A DNA stretch of 56,172 nucleotides, filler included, from Catajapyx aquilonaris (GCA_000934665.2; 2 parts of 2 records of this genome joined end to end with filler, not necessarily neighbours in it); one strand, 5' to 3'. Counted from the first letter of the whole stretch, positions 1 to 11,968 are shown. Numbers and translations are program-made. Notes: generated from the letters alone by a model not told the origin.

Positions 1-35
1 TTTCTTCCTTCGCACCCACCCCAACCCAAGGTGAT

Positions 36-322
36 AAATGAGGAACAGAAAGAGTTGACCCCCTGAAGAAGCCACGCCTCTGGGAGGGACAAAGGTTCCC
101 TTCTTGGTTCGGCCTAGTCGTGCCAGAGGGAAACTAATCGCACCACATCTTTGCTCCATCAGAGGTTCAGTCACGGCAAATGAGGAACAGAAAGAGTTGA
201 CCCCCTGAAGAAGCCACGCCTCTGGGAGGGACAAAGGTTCCCTTCTTGGTTCGGCCTAGTCGTGCCAGAGGGAAACTAATCGCACCACATCTTTGCTCCA
301 TCAGAGGTTCAGTCACGGCAAA
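36..322. repeat. Exact tandem duplication of a 142-bp unit (36-177, 178-319)
   Basis: AAATGAGGAACAGAAAGAG...TCACGGC occurs twice with period 142 and no mismatch seen. Confidence 0.9.
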
Positions 323-1000
323 GTCACATGCTCTCAGTTATTAGCTCTTGGTGTGATGCATTTAAACTTATTGTCCCATCAGTTAATAAAGCAAGACATG
401 CATTACTCTCTAAACTAGGTCAAAGCAATATATTGCACAATTACAAGAATGACTGTTTTATAATAATCTGCGCATCACACACTAATCATCTGCAAAGTGG
501 CCTTAATTACTTTGTCATGTTCCGCCAGCTAAAATTACAATATGAACAGCACCCATACCCATCCAATGTGAAAGATTCCCATCACTACACGCACATGCAC
601 AGAGCTGCACCTTCATTTAAGCACATTTTAAATACTATGTGCTGTGCTTAATTAGGTAATCATGTGGCACCTACACTATGACGTATTGTAAGATTACATT
701 CTTTGAATGTAATTAAGGCCCACACAAGGTCAAAATGACATTTGAGGCATGCCATCTGTGTCATTACTGACATACAAAGTGCAGATCACTGTGTTACTAT
801 CACATTACAATTGTCCCCTCTAAAAAAGTACAACATATGGCATTCAAGGTCATTTGCTGGCATCCTATTTAAATCTCATTACTGGTACAGTGCAGGTCAT
901 ATTAGCAGTCCCTAAATGTTTACTTAGTTGCCACGTAACGCCAGTGCTGTCATTGCCATGAAATAAACATTTTGGGACTCCTAGTATGTCCAGCACTGTA

Positions 1001-1162
1001 CAGTACTGGCCAATAATCGAGGCAACGACTAGCGACATTTTTCCGAAGCGGCAGAAGAAGGAATCGAAGATAAGCATGCTTCAAGCCGGGCGAGCATGAT
1101 TCCTTCTTCTGCCGCTTCGGGAAAATGTCGCTAGTCGTTTCCTCGATTATTGGCCAGTACTG
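1001..1162. mobile_element. Tc1/mariner-type hairpin MITE, copy 1 (162 bp)
   Basis: Long TIRs begin CAGTACTGGCCAATAATCGAGG, with TA on both sides (999-1000, 1163-1164). Related copy at 19823-19981. Confidence 0.9.
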
Positions 1163-1380
1163 TACCATACATTTTCCTCTCAAAATTGCTGGCAATTAAA
1201 AAGCCATCGTGGTGGTTTTGATTTTGTGAAATAGTTCTGATTACATGACTGTACCTCAGTGCATGTTGCATAATTACAATTCACAGTACAGCCCATGGGT
1301 TTTTCTCCCAACCATAATCCAATGAATTACTCACATGCACGTAAGGAATAATAATTGCACTCAAAAAGTACATACGGTAC

Positions 1381-2439
1381 CTCATCTTTCTCCTTTTCCA
1401 TGTGTCAGCCTCAAGTTTGTGGTTTAGCTCCACACAGGCCACCTGCGAAAAGTACAAAATTCAGAAAATAGACACGACCATCTGCCAACTGATTAGATCA
1501 CCCCCTCTTTTTTAAATTTTTTTTTCACAATCTCAGCTTTGAACCACAGATTGACCTTGGCCCTTTTGCTGCGAAACGTCATTTTTCGCACGCATGTCCA
1601 ATCATCAGAGGCTTATTTCTATGACACCTTGCGTAGGGTGTGCACAAGTCGTGTAATGAACAAGTAAAACGACTGGCACCAATGCAATAAAAAGTGAGCA
1701 AAATTGCGCTATAACGGATGGGGTCATGCAAGCTAATATTTGTGATAACCATTTCAAAAATAACCGCTTAATGCCCGCAAAATATCTTGAACCCGGACAT
1801 TTCAATGGCAACAGGTGTTTTCGACTGACTGAACAATGCCAAGGTCGCGAAATGCCCGGGGTAAATGACGTGAGAATCGATTCTTTGCAGTCTGACAAAC
1901 ACGATGAATTATTTCGTTGGCCTTACCCCTTTGATGTGCGCGTATTATGATCCTGTCCGTGTACAGATCCTTTCACCGTGCATCTCTACGAAATAGTGGG
2001 TCACCAGGTTATGGAATGGACGTGCGAAAAACGGCTGGTATTTCCGCCTGCAAAATTCACGTGAAACAACAAATGACGCGCAAACGTAAAAACGCGGAAA
2101 ACTCAACAAAAAAAAAATTACAAAAAAAACCCGGCACTGCCGCCAGTCAATTTCCCAAACGCCTGATGCAATTACTGTTGTTCTCCTCACACGTTGCGGC
2201 CGAAAACATGTATTTATTCAGCAGCAGCTCTTTTAAAGGCCAGTAGTTGCTTGATTAAAACTTTAATGCTTAATTACCAGCAGATTCATTACGACAGATT
2301 TGTTCCGAAATGTAACACCTTTTCTCCTGCATACATGTGTCATGTATGTATACTGCCCTATATGTTAGTTTCTGGTGGTGCAAAAAGGGCGACATACCTG
2401 GGAGCATGACCCCTCGAGCAGTGTTGTGCGAGCAACGCC
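1381..2439 (-). CDS. Probable 5' exons of an unidentified gene continuing off the left edge (possible start MEKEKDE at 1401)
   Basis: Two segments have canonical minus-strand splice sites: 2439-2398 (ttgcag|...ag|gtatgt) and 1442-1381 (ttttcgcag|...gag|gtaccg). The second ends acacATG GAA AAG GAG AAA GAT GAG in phase 0. No homology recognised. Confidence 0.35.
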
Positions 2440-3082
2440 CTGCAACACGGAAGCAACATTTGCGTGCATCGAACCTAAACACACATTCACGGTCTCACGT
2501 CTCACACCCTTCCTCTGACTGTGATCAGGCCATCTTTAAATCGGGCGTTGCCAACTCGAACAAATCAACAAACCAGCACTGGGGTCAAGCTTGACCTGTC
2601 ACTCGGAGGGTGACCTAACAGACGAGAAAATAGAGGAATTAAAATACGAGATCGATAAGTATTCGAGCGGAACCGTATTTGATGCCAGTTATTTACGGTG
2701 GGATTGAATTCTGAGTGATTGGCAACACTGGAGGGAGAACAGCAAACAAGTGAGGGTCGTGGAGCGTGTTAAATTTCTGCACGTGATGATTTTTTAACTG
2801 CGTTTTTGACCGTGGTTTTTGCAGGTAATGTGGGTTGAAGTGGTGTTTTTTTGACTTAATTAATGGGGGGCGCAGGTGGTGATGATGGCCGGGCAGCAAA
2901 ATGCCAAATGCTATTAGGGAGGAAGAAACTGGTGAAGAGCACATGTTAGGCCTAGCCATAGAGTGGTCATATACTAGGTAATATTCAATGTAATGGTTAC
3001 ATTTTACGTACAGATAATGTGCATGCTTTAGTAGTAAGCATTAAGGAACAGACTAAGTGAATTATTAGGGAGGAAAGAGTAA

Positions 3083-3241
3083 AGGTGCGTTTACATGTAA
3101 GCAATTTGGTCGCGTGATGTCGTCGCTGAGCAATGGGCTAAAATCGATTGTTACCATGATTGTTACTTTAGCCCCAAACAATTGGATTCATCGCTCTGCA
3201 ATGACATTGCGCGATCAAATCACTCACATGTAAACGCACCT
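3083..3241. mobile_element. PIF/Harbinger-like MITE
   Basis: TIR AGGTGCGTTTACATGT...ACATGTAAACGCACCT, flanked by TAA / TTA, with an imperfectly palindromic interior. Confidence 0.7.
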
Positions 3242-3485
3242 TTACATAGAAGTGTAAGCTCAGCACAGTTGGTATGTGAATAGTTTGGTGAATAGGCATC
3301 CAGTGATGTGCGGACATTTTGTCTGCAACTTTACTTAATTTTGGTTCCCCCAAAGTGACTCCGGATATAAGAGCCAGCTTGAAAGGCTGGTCTCAGCATA
3401 CTTCCATATAATTATGGCATGTGTATTTGGATATAGGATACTAATTTATATGGTCCCTTGAAGCCTCTTATATCCAGAGTCTGCT

Positions 3486-3820
3486 CAGGGAGACGGAGTG
3501 GCGCCGCGGTAACGCGCGCGCCCACGGAAGTTAAGGTCCCGGGTTCAATCCCCACCCGGGGTTCCCACCTTCTTTCGTGCAGAGTTGGGCCATCTCTGGC
3601 TTCGTTTCGGGTGGCAATTTCCGATAGACTAAGCCACCCGGGGGAGTTCACAAAATGACCACTACTCGACAGCGCACACGCACTTTGCACATCCCCTCCT
3701 AATTACCTTGGAGCATACTAACAAGATTAAATCTTGACTCGCTCCAAAAATAATCCCGATGGTGGTAATCCACCCCCCATGTGTAGATATGGGGCAAAAA
3801 AAAAAAAAAAAAAAAAAAAA
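3486..3820 (+). mobile_element. tRNA-derived SINE family 1, full length with poly(A) tail
   Basis: A-box-like GTGGCGCCGCGG, B-box GGTTCAATCCC and poly(A) at 3796-3820. 14-bp TSD ATCCAGAGTCTGCT (3472-3485, 3821-3834). Near-identical copy at 8563-8898. Confidence 0.92.
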
Positions 3821-5204
3821 ATCCAGAGTCTGCTGTAACATAATGATAATAAAGTCTAATAATTAAACATTGTAAAAACATAATTCAGGTAGTGGAGGCA
3901 GTACAGAATTCAGTAGGTTATAAGTTGTAATTGAAAATTCAAGCATTTATTGCATATTGCCATGAGGGCACTTGCATTTTTTTGTTTGCAAACTTTTTTG
4001 TGGTGTAATTGGTGCCAATTGTGGCAAACCATTGTACTCTTTCAGTACTTCCTGCTGGTGCAGAGCAAATACTGTCAATTATCATTAATGGATCTCAAAG
4101 TCTTGAGGTCAAGGTGTAATAGTTTTTTCATCGTCTGTCAATTTTGAGACCTAATTATTTAGGCGGTGTTGCAACATTTTGAGTCAATTATCCATATTAG
4201 GTATGGTTAGGGAAGAATGACTATTCCTTAGAAGCAATAGTAACTCACCCTGAAAATTTGCATACTGCATTTTTCTATTATGTTTCCTATTATCATTCAA
4301 AAGTAGGCTTTGGTATTGATAAGTTTTAATACAGCCTAGCACATATAAACTAGTACTTGTCTTGAATCAGCCCTTATGCATTATATCATGCCTGAATGCC
4401 CTTTATGGCAATAATCTGCCAAATCTTAAATATGTTACGATATTAATGGTGTCATCAGATGTTGAATTTTAACAACTGTCTACAGAAAATTGATTCTTTG
4501 ATCAAGTCCCAGGAAAAGTTTGACAACCATTGCACTCATGATGTGGTTTAATGATACTATACAGTATGTTGGTGTCTCTGCCAGAGTGGGAAGTGAGCTA
4601 GTTATTGTGCTTGCTTAATTGTGACAAGGCCTCAGGTGTCTCAGGCACTTTTACTACTGTAGTGTAATTATTGTGGTTAATTATCAGTAAGAGTTATACA
4701 TGGAGTTACAGGTATTTATGACATAATGGATGCAAAATGATCACTTTTTTGTCATACTTACTGCTTCCTCTCCATTCACCTGTATGAAAAAATTGTGCCA
4801 TTTTTACCTGTGCTGATAACTGACGGTAATTTCACTTGATGCGGATGAACAGAAACACCCCGTGTTAATGCAGCATTACTTGGTCACGTAATGAGGGATG
4901 CCAGCAGCAGGGAGTCTGCCACTCACTGACATAATCTTATGAATACCACGCTTGTCTGTTATTGCCTGCCTGGCCGTGAAGCTGAAACCTTGATGTCACG
5001 TTGTAGCCTTCACGTGCGACCATGTGAAAAGTGGGTGTAAATGAGCTTGACTTCCTGAGATGTGCAGGACAATGGATGAAAATTGAAATCCAATTGTGCA
5101 CGGCCTGCAAATACTCTTAGAGTAATTATGATATGCTCATAAAATGATTTTGATATCTGCCGTTATCTGTAATGTCATTGCAAGTTTTCTTTTTCTATTT
5201 GTAG

Positions 5205-8200
5205 GTTACACACAATGGCAGAAACTGTGCACCAGAGTGACCAATGGGATGAGGTTCTGAAGCAATATTACGACACTATGGAGACTGAAGGTACGATATT
5301 CTTAGGCTTTTTGAGTCGAATTCCTTTTTCTGATTCCTTAAGGATTCAAAGTAGGGTGACTCAAAGACTTTGTTCAAAGTTATGGAGCTGATAAGAGGGA
5401 ACAATAACAAACACCTGCGACCTAAAGATGGCCTCAAGTACTGAGATAGTGGGCTTAAAATCAAAGCTATAAAATACCCTGGCACACATGCACCCTTTTG
5501 TGAGGTATGGCCTTCATAATAGGTATATGTACAGTATTTTTAAAAGACGTGCCTGTGACAGAAAATATACAGTTTTGTGGTTAACATCACTGTTTCTTAG
5601 TTTCATATTGCTCCTATGACACCGGTACAGTTTTTTTTCCGTAAATGATCGGTCATCCGAACACCCCATTGGCAGACTCTGTTCGGATAATCGATGCTCC
5701 AATGTATATGTGTATGACTTTGCTATAAATGACAATCATAACTTTGCAAGTTAAATGCTATCACTGACAAGTAGGTGATGATGGATGGGTCAGTCACTTG
5801 TGAGGTTATTGGAATTACAATGGTATCTCTCTACTTCAACATGAGTAGGCCATAGTGAACTTCATAATCTTAATACACTCTACAGTACAATAACATTGGA
5901 GTTGAGATGTCACCAGTTTTTACAACAACTCGGAGCTCTTGACCCAGTCTGTCTTCATCTTTTTGTCTGTGATAGTACTTGCCACCCCAGTGCAACTCCG
6001 TTTTTTTCACATAGGTTTCCCCCTCCGACCTCCGTAAAGGTCGAGTGGCATATCGTAGTTAGGTAGGGTGCCGCTAGGCTTTAGTGCCAGCCCTTGACCC
6101 GTTCCTTCGGTTACTTTAGTCAAGTCGGCACAGCGAATCTGGTGGCGGAACGCGGTGGACCAAGACTCCCAAACCGCCCATTCAAAATCTAGTAGGCATG
6201 GTCCGTTCTGGTCCGTTCGTTCCCCCTCCGTTTCCCCCTCCGTTCTCAATTAATAGTAATAATTGTTGTTGCAGTGAGGGGTGTCACTCCATGCACTCAC
6301 GGTAAGAAGCCGTCGTGTGGGACTTGAGAGATCCGTGCGATAAGGGGGCTAGTTTCCAGACCTGCATATATATATATACAAAAACTCCTCAGCCTTGGTA
6401 CTTGCAGTGCCAAAGGATATTAGTACTTACCTTAAATGGACTCCTTAGTTTAGTCAGGAAGAATCTTGACCCCTGGAGATATGTGTGCACCTTGCTACCT
6501 GGCCATGCAATAGTGTAAATACTGTGTGCTGATAAGCTTAACACTTCTCACATTGATACACCTGTGACCTTTAAGTCTGAGACTGTTTTGTAATGAGTAA
6601 AAAAGGGAAGTGATTGACCTGCTTCATTGTATGTTCATCTGGGATTATTCTTATTTATAGTAAGCCATTAGCCAATCTACTACTAAGGATGTCCCCCCAT
6701 AGGAGCCCTGCTCCAGGCCGGGGTAATCAAATAAATAAATAAATAAATAAATAAATACTACTAAGGTCAAGTGGTATTTGCATGAAAATGAAGGTCACAA
6801 TTAATTTATGATATTAGTATTCTGACTTTAAAAAATATTTCTGTTGCTGTAAAGAAGAAACTGCCCACCCACTGAATTGTGTTTCCTGTGATGGAAAATA
6901 TTTAACTGCTTTTGCAGCATTGCACCTTTCCTCTTAACTCTTTCGCCCCCAGCCACCTAGAATCTAGGCGATGAGAACTCGACCACGCAGTACCAGCTAT
7001 ACCGCCATCGCCTGGTTTTACGCTTAGCCGTGCGCTGAAGATTCTAACAAGATATTATACAAATAATAACAGATATACTTACCCGTTCATGGAAAACACT
7101 ATGAATGTGTTGAAAACAATCTTCCTCCCATAGAAATCCCTAAATTAATTTCGATAAATATTTCTGTAAAACTCGAAATTAGAGTAGTACTGGACAACTG
7201 TTAGGCTGATTTAATTACGAAATACTTTAAAATATATGGAGTAACAATCTTGAGAAGTGTGCCAGATGAATTTGCTGAAATCGTCATACTTTTCGAGAAA
7301 TAAGTAAATTTGGGAGTTATTCGAAGTGACCGGCAAGTCGCAGAAAAGTATTAATTTATTTCTCAGAAAGTACAATGATTTCAACAAAGTCTTCTGGCAT
7401 GGTTCTCAAGATTGTTATTGCATATACAGGGTGTCCCTAAATGATTGTCAACATTTGAAAGTTGTATAATTTCTATTAGTTGCGGTGTGCAATGACAAGA
7501 CAGACATAGAACGAAAGAGGACATTTGGGAGTTTTTATTGCACACCGAAAAGTTGGTTCCGCACTTTGCCACGAGGCACACAGGGCCACTCCACAAAATG
7601 GTGTCTCCCGAACAGAAAACGTTCCATGTCCTGCAGTTTGCAAAGCTTGGTTCGCTAGTTACTGTTCAGCAGGCATTCCGGCGACAGTACGGACGACGTT
7701 ACGCCCCTCCATACAATAATTCAACGGTGGTTCCAGAAGTTTCAGACGACGGGATGCCTTTGCATTGGCAAGGATCGGCGGATCGGACATGCCGGTCAGC
7801 AAGATCTGGTTTTTCTCCAGTGGCCGCCAAGGTCTCCCGACCTCACCCCATGTGACTTTTTCCTCTGGGGGTATATGTAAAGGACCAGGTTTTCGTACCA
7901 CGGCTACCTACCAGCCTGTGTGAGTTGAAACGCAGGATTGTTGCTGCTGTGGAATCAATCACACCAGACATGCTGGCCTGTGTAGAGAATTAGACTATCG
8001 TGTCGTGTGACGAAAGGTGCTCATATTGAGCACTTGTAGTGCGTGCAATAAAAACTCCCTAATGTCCTCTTTCGTTCTATGTCTGTCTTGTCATTGCACA
8101 CCGCAACTAATAGAAATTAAACAACTTTCAAATGTTGACAATCATTTAGGGACACCCTGTATTTTAACGTATTTCATAATTAAATCAGCCTAAAAATTGG

Positions 8201-8560
8201 CCAGTAGTACTTGGATTTTCATCTTTTACACTGATCTTTTTGTAAATTAATTTACGGACTTATAGCCAAGGAAAATGGTTTCCAATACATACGTTGTGTT
8301 TTGCATGAACGGGTAAGTATAACTGTTACTATTTGTAAAATAGCTTCCCCTTACCTTCAGAGTACTTGTAAGTTGAACAGGAGGGAAAATCTAAGCAGAA
8401 ATGTAGTGGGTATACTGTGCGGTGATCTTTTTGGAAATTAATTTATGGACTTCTATGCAAGTAACATTGGTTCCAACACATGCATTGTGTAATAATGGAT
8501 ACTCCGTGATAGGCCTCCTAGGGCCTCATAGGGGATCATCTTTTCATGAGCCATCTTTAA

Positions 8561-8600
<40 letters not shown>

Positions 8601-10975
8601 NNNNNNNNNNNNNNNNNNNNNNNNNNNNNNNNNNNNNNNNNNNNNNNNNNNNNNNNNNNNNNNNNNNNNNNCTCCAAGGGTGGGTGGGAGGGGATGTGCA
8701 AAGTGCAAGTGCAATGTCTCTAATCGTCATTTTGTGAACTCCCCCGGGTGGCTTAGTCTGTCGGAAATTGCCACCCGAAACGAAGCCAGAGATGGCCCAA
8801 CTCTGCACGAAAGAAGGTGGGAACCCCGGGTGGGGATTGAACCCGGGACCTTAACTTCCGTGGGCGCGCGCGTTACCGCGGCGCCACTCCGTCTCCCCAA
8901 CCATCTTTAATCATTGTCTGTGCTGTGATAGATTTTGATAGGTTTGGGAGGAAACGGGAGAACCCCAAGAAAACCCACGCAAACTCGATCCACATAAGTA
9001 TCCTCCGTCCGACCCGGGGATCGAACTCGGGACCTCAGAGGTGGAAGGCTGTGGCACTAACCACTCTGCCACCATGTCGCCCTCCTAACACATGCATTGT
9101 GTAGACCAGGGGTGGGCAAACTTTTTTCTCCGTGGGCCACACAGAGATTTAAAAAAAAATTGAAGGGCTGCATCTAACAAAAGAAATTTCAACTTATTAA
9201 AATGTTTACAATTATATATCCATCGTTTTAAATGAACTTCCATTAATTGCATAAATTATCATTAAATTCTCTGAAAACGGTAAAATTAGCTAAATATATC
9301 AATGAAAATGGCCTGTATAAATAAAAAAAACAATATTTTTGTGAATTTAAAAGGATTAAAAAGAAAGGCACAGGCATATAATTTTGCAATTTTAATTTTT
9401 CAACATTTTCAGGAATACCGAAATTTTTGCACGGGCCGTAGTTTGCCCACCCCTGGTGTAGACTGTAGAGCATGAATGTAAAAGTATAGCTGTTATTATT
9501 TGTAAAATAGCTTGTCCTTATTTTCAGGTGGAACGGAAGTAAAAAGAATCTAGTCAATGGCGGTATAGCTGGTACCTGGCGGTTAAGTTCTCATTGCCTA
9601 GATTCTAGTTGGCTGGGGCCAAAGGGATTAAGCAGAGATATTTTTAAAGGTTCAGAGTCAGGGTGATGTGAGTACACAGTGTCAGTCCAAATGCCACGTC
9701 AGTCTCCTGCCAGGGAACTTGCTGGCCCAAAAGAAGTTTTGTAAAACTCTCCTTCAGCAAAGGAGCGTGGTTTACATAAATTGAATATGAATCAGTCTTT
9801 ATTTAAGTTTGGTCATTTATCGTATGTTTATAGAAACGGTTTGCCATTGACCTTTTTTTGCCTCCTAATTAATACAGGCTCTTTTTCACTTTGCAGGCAA
9901 GTCTCCTCGATTGCTTGTATGTGGCGGGAAGGGCGTGGGCAAGTCCACCTGCCTTCGCTGGCTAACAAACTGCCTGGTGTCTTCAGGCCATCAGGTGCTG
10001 TTCATAGACTTGGATCCAGGCCAATCAGAATTTACTCCACCGGGATTCATCTCGGCACACGTGGTAACAGATCCAGTTGACTATCTTGCATCTGCATCTG
10101 ACCAAAAAGTAGCACTCAGGATGTATCACGTTGGCATTGATGTTGCTCGTGACCCAAAGCACTACATCCGGAGTGTCATCAACCTGACAGGGTGGGCCGG
10201 CTCAGAACTCCACCAGAAGCCATGGTTGATCAACACTATGGGATTTTCACGTGGGCTTGGAGTAGATCTCATGCTGGATATTATACGTGAAGTGATGCCG
10301 ACCACAGTGGTGCAAATTAATGGGATCAATGAGCGGGAGAATTTCCCGCGACAATTTACACCATCGTATGTCTCCAGAGTGACACGGGGTTGGCTTTCGC
10401 AACCGGGCAAAGACGCATCACACTTCTTTACACCTGTGGAAGCTGCCCCACTTCAACTTCGCAAGCATGTAAAACCACCTGTGGTTCGACGTGAAATGGC
10501 ACTCCTAAAGTATTTAAAAGGATGTGAGCAACCCTACTCAGTGAACCTAGCTACGCTGAGTGTGTATGTTCCTCCACCACAGCCATCCCCATCGCTAATC
10601 CTTTCTGCACTGAATGGAAGTGTAGTTGCTCTGTTCAGTCTCCCAAAATCAGGTCCTAGACTTATCCCAAGTGACACATCAATGCCTACCATCTTGCTTC
10701 AACAACCTCATTCTCCTAGCTTGGGTTTGGGCATGGTTGTAGGAATTGATCCTGATGGCCGGCAACTGTTTTTGCAGACACCACTCCCATTCGAGCAGCT
10801 GAAGACAGTGGATTGTATGTCAGTTTCTGTGCAAACTCCAATTCCACGCAGTTTGTGGATGCAGGGAGCAGAGCGAGGGGGTGGATCCAAAGTTTTTCCA
10901 TACCTGGCAGTTAGCAGTGAGGCAAAAATGCTGAGCAAGCCAACAAGGAAGAGGTATCCTTCCAAGGCTTTCTAA
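5205..10975 (+). CDS. NOL9: Polynucleotide 5'-hydroxyl-kinase NOL9/Grc3 (Clp1-family P-loop kinase); exons 5205-5290 and 9897-10975, further 5' exons unresolved
   Basis: Walker A GGKGVGKST, Walker B and downstream DLDPGQSEFTPPG, INTMGF and C-terminal GLGMVVGID..LFLQTP are typical of NOL9. The phase-1 GT-AG intron 5291-9896 joins ...METE-GKSPRLLVCG in frame. Confidence 0.92.
6689..6755 (+). mobile_element. Severely 5'-truncated non-LTR retroposon with (AAAT)n tail
   Basis: About 40 bp of unique sequence plus an AAAT repeat tail, between 11-bp direct repeats TACTACTAAGG (6678-6688, 6756-6766). Confidence 0.75.
7427..8159 (+). mobile_element. Internally deleted Tc1/mariner-superfamily transposon (rosa/DD41D-like) with ~115-bp TIRs
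   Basis: TIR CAGGGTGTCCCTAAATGATTGTCAAC... and TA TSD. Transposase relics: N-terminal MVSPEQKTFHVLQF..VQQAFRRQY and a frameshifted C-terminal WPPRSP/LTPCDFFLWG motif. Confidence 0.88.
8492..9086 (-). mobile_element. tRNA-derived SINE family 2 (V-SINE-like), interrupted by a family-1 SINE
   Basis: 17-bp TSD AACACATGCATTGTGTA (8475-8491, 9087-9103). B-box GAGTTCGATCCCC on the minus strand. Homologous to 22927-23187 and 26686-26961. Confidence 0.88.
8563..8898 (-). mobile_element. tRNA-derived SINE family 1, copy 2 (contains assembly gap 8601-8671)
   Basis: Reverse complement of the 3486 element, with a poly(T) tail at 8563-8600 and TSD CCATCTTTAATC (8551-8562, 8901-8912). Confidence 0.9.
9107..9455. 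mobile_element. hAT-superfamily MITE
   Basis: TIR CAGGGGTGGGCAAAC...GTTTGCCCACCCCTG and perfect 8-bp TSD GTGTAGAC (9099-9106, 9456-9463). Confidence 0.92.
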
Positions 10976-11452
10976 GAAGATTAATTGTAATCATTAAGTG
11001 ATTTTTATATTGCATTTACGGGGTGATGGAACACTGACATTGCAAGGAAAGGAACATGAAGTGACTGGACCATTTGGAATTTACTGATTTGTCTTTAACA
11101 AAGGTTGAACTAAGGGCTGTATAAAAGCACAGCTATTTCCCCTCCAACCATTTTACCTGGTTAAGTGTTACTTTACATGATAATTACTGATGTACAGTAA
11201 CTACACCATAAGAGTTCCTCCATAGGTAGAGCTTCAATCAATCTGTCATGCCCAATGGGGAAGATGCAATCCATGCCTTCAGAGGAACTCTTATCGTGCA
11301 TTGCGCTGCGGATGAACTAGCTGTAGTTGAGCCGAAACAGCTGTGTACCCTATTATCGATCATGTACTGTACTTGGGAATCCAAATGGACTTGCAGGTTT
11401 ACTGAATTGCTCAAGATATTTTGTGTTACTTATCATGCTATTTTTACAATTT

Positions 11453-11458
11453 AATAAA
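11453..11458 (+). terminator. Probable NOL9 polyadenylation signal AATAAA
   Basis: First AATAAA seen after the NOL9 stop, followed by GT-rich sequence. Confidence 0.5.
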
Positions 11459-11533
11459 ACGTGAGTAAATGTGATGACTGTGTACATGGGTTAATGTATA
11501 AACAAATTGAACCCAACAGTAATTTTACATAAC

Positions 11534-11539
11534 TTTATT
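11534..11539 (-). terminator. Probable P450 polyadenylation signal AATAAA
   Basis: TTTATT on the + strand, about 430 bp downstream of the P450 stop. Confidence 0.45.
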
Positions 11540-11968
11540 CAGGCCTGTAATTGACACATCTATTCTTCTGTATTATGAAAGAAAACTAACTAATGGAATA
11601 AGGTCAAATGTTGCTTGTCTGGCTCAATTATGCTACATGTAGGCAGAAAAGTAGCACTTGACCTTTGCACATTTCAATTATGTTTTTTTTTGTAGGATTA
11701 CAGTATTGCGCTTGGTTAGACAGCTGTGAAAATTTTTCTGTTAGAACCATGTGCTGCAATGGCATATTACCATATTTAAATGCATCCTGGCCTTTTTCAT
11801 GCTGATCTATGTTAATAGTACAGTACAATCTACATTGTAAGTGATGCCAGAAATCGTTACTAATTTTTAAACATTTCCCCTGCATTGGAGAGAATGCAGG
11901 TTACAAAGAATTTTGATGCTGATTACCATAATAACCAGGAATATATTTACTTGATTGAATGCACCAGA

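Larger units (their letters stand above)
6938..9627. mobile_element. piggyBac-like (TTAA) long-TIR non-autonomous element hosting four nested insertions
   Basis: TTAA at 6934-6937 and 9628-9631. The ends are inverted copies (CTCTTTCGCCCCCAGCCACCTAGAATCTAGGC / GCCTAGATTCTAGTTGGCTGGGGCCAAAGGGA). Body homologous to 17723-18455. Confidence 0.8.

Noticed and set aside
60..140. Hammerhead ribozyme in the 142-bp tandem repeat (CTGAAGA...GAAAC)
   Set aside because: Stem II does not close next to the core and no stem III/NUH with matching stem I could be built. An Infernal search would settle it.
3488..3565. tRNA gene
   Set aside because: It is the head of a SINE with body, poly(A) tail and TSD; the same applies to 22927 and its copies.
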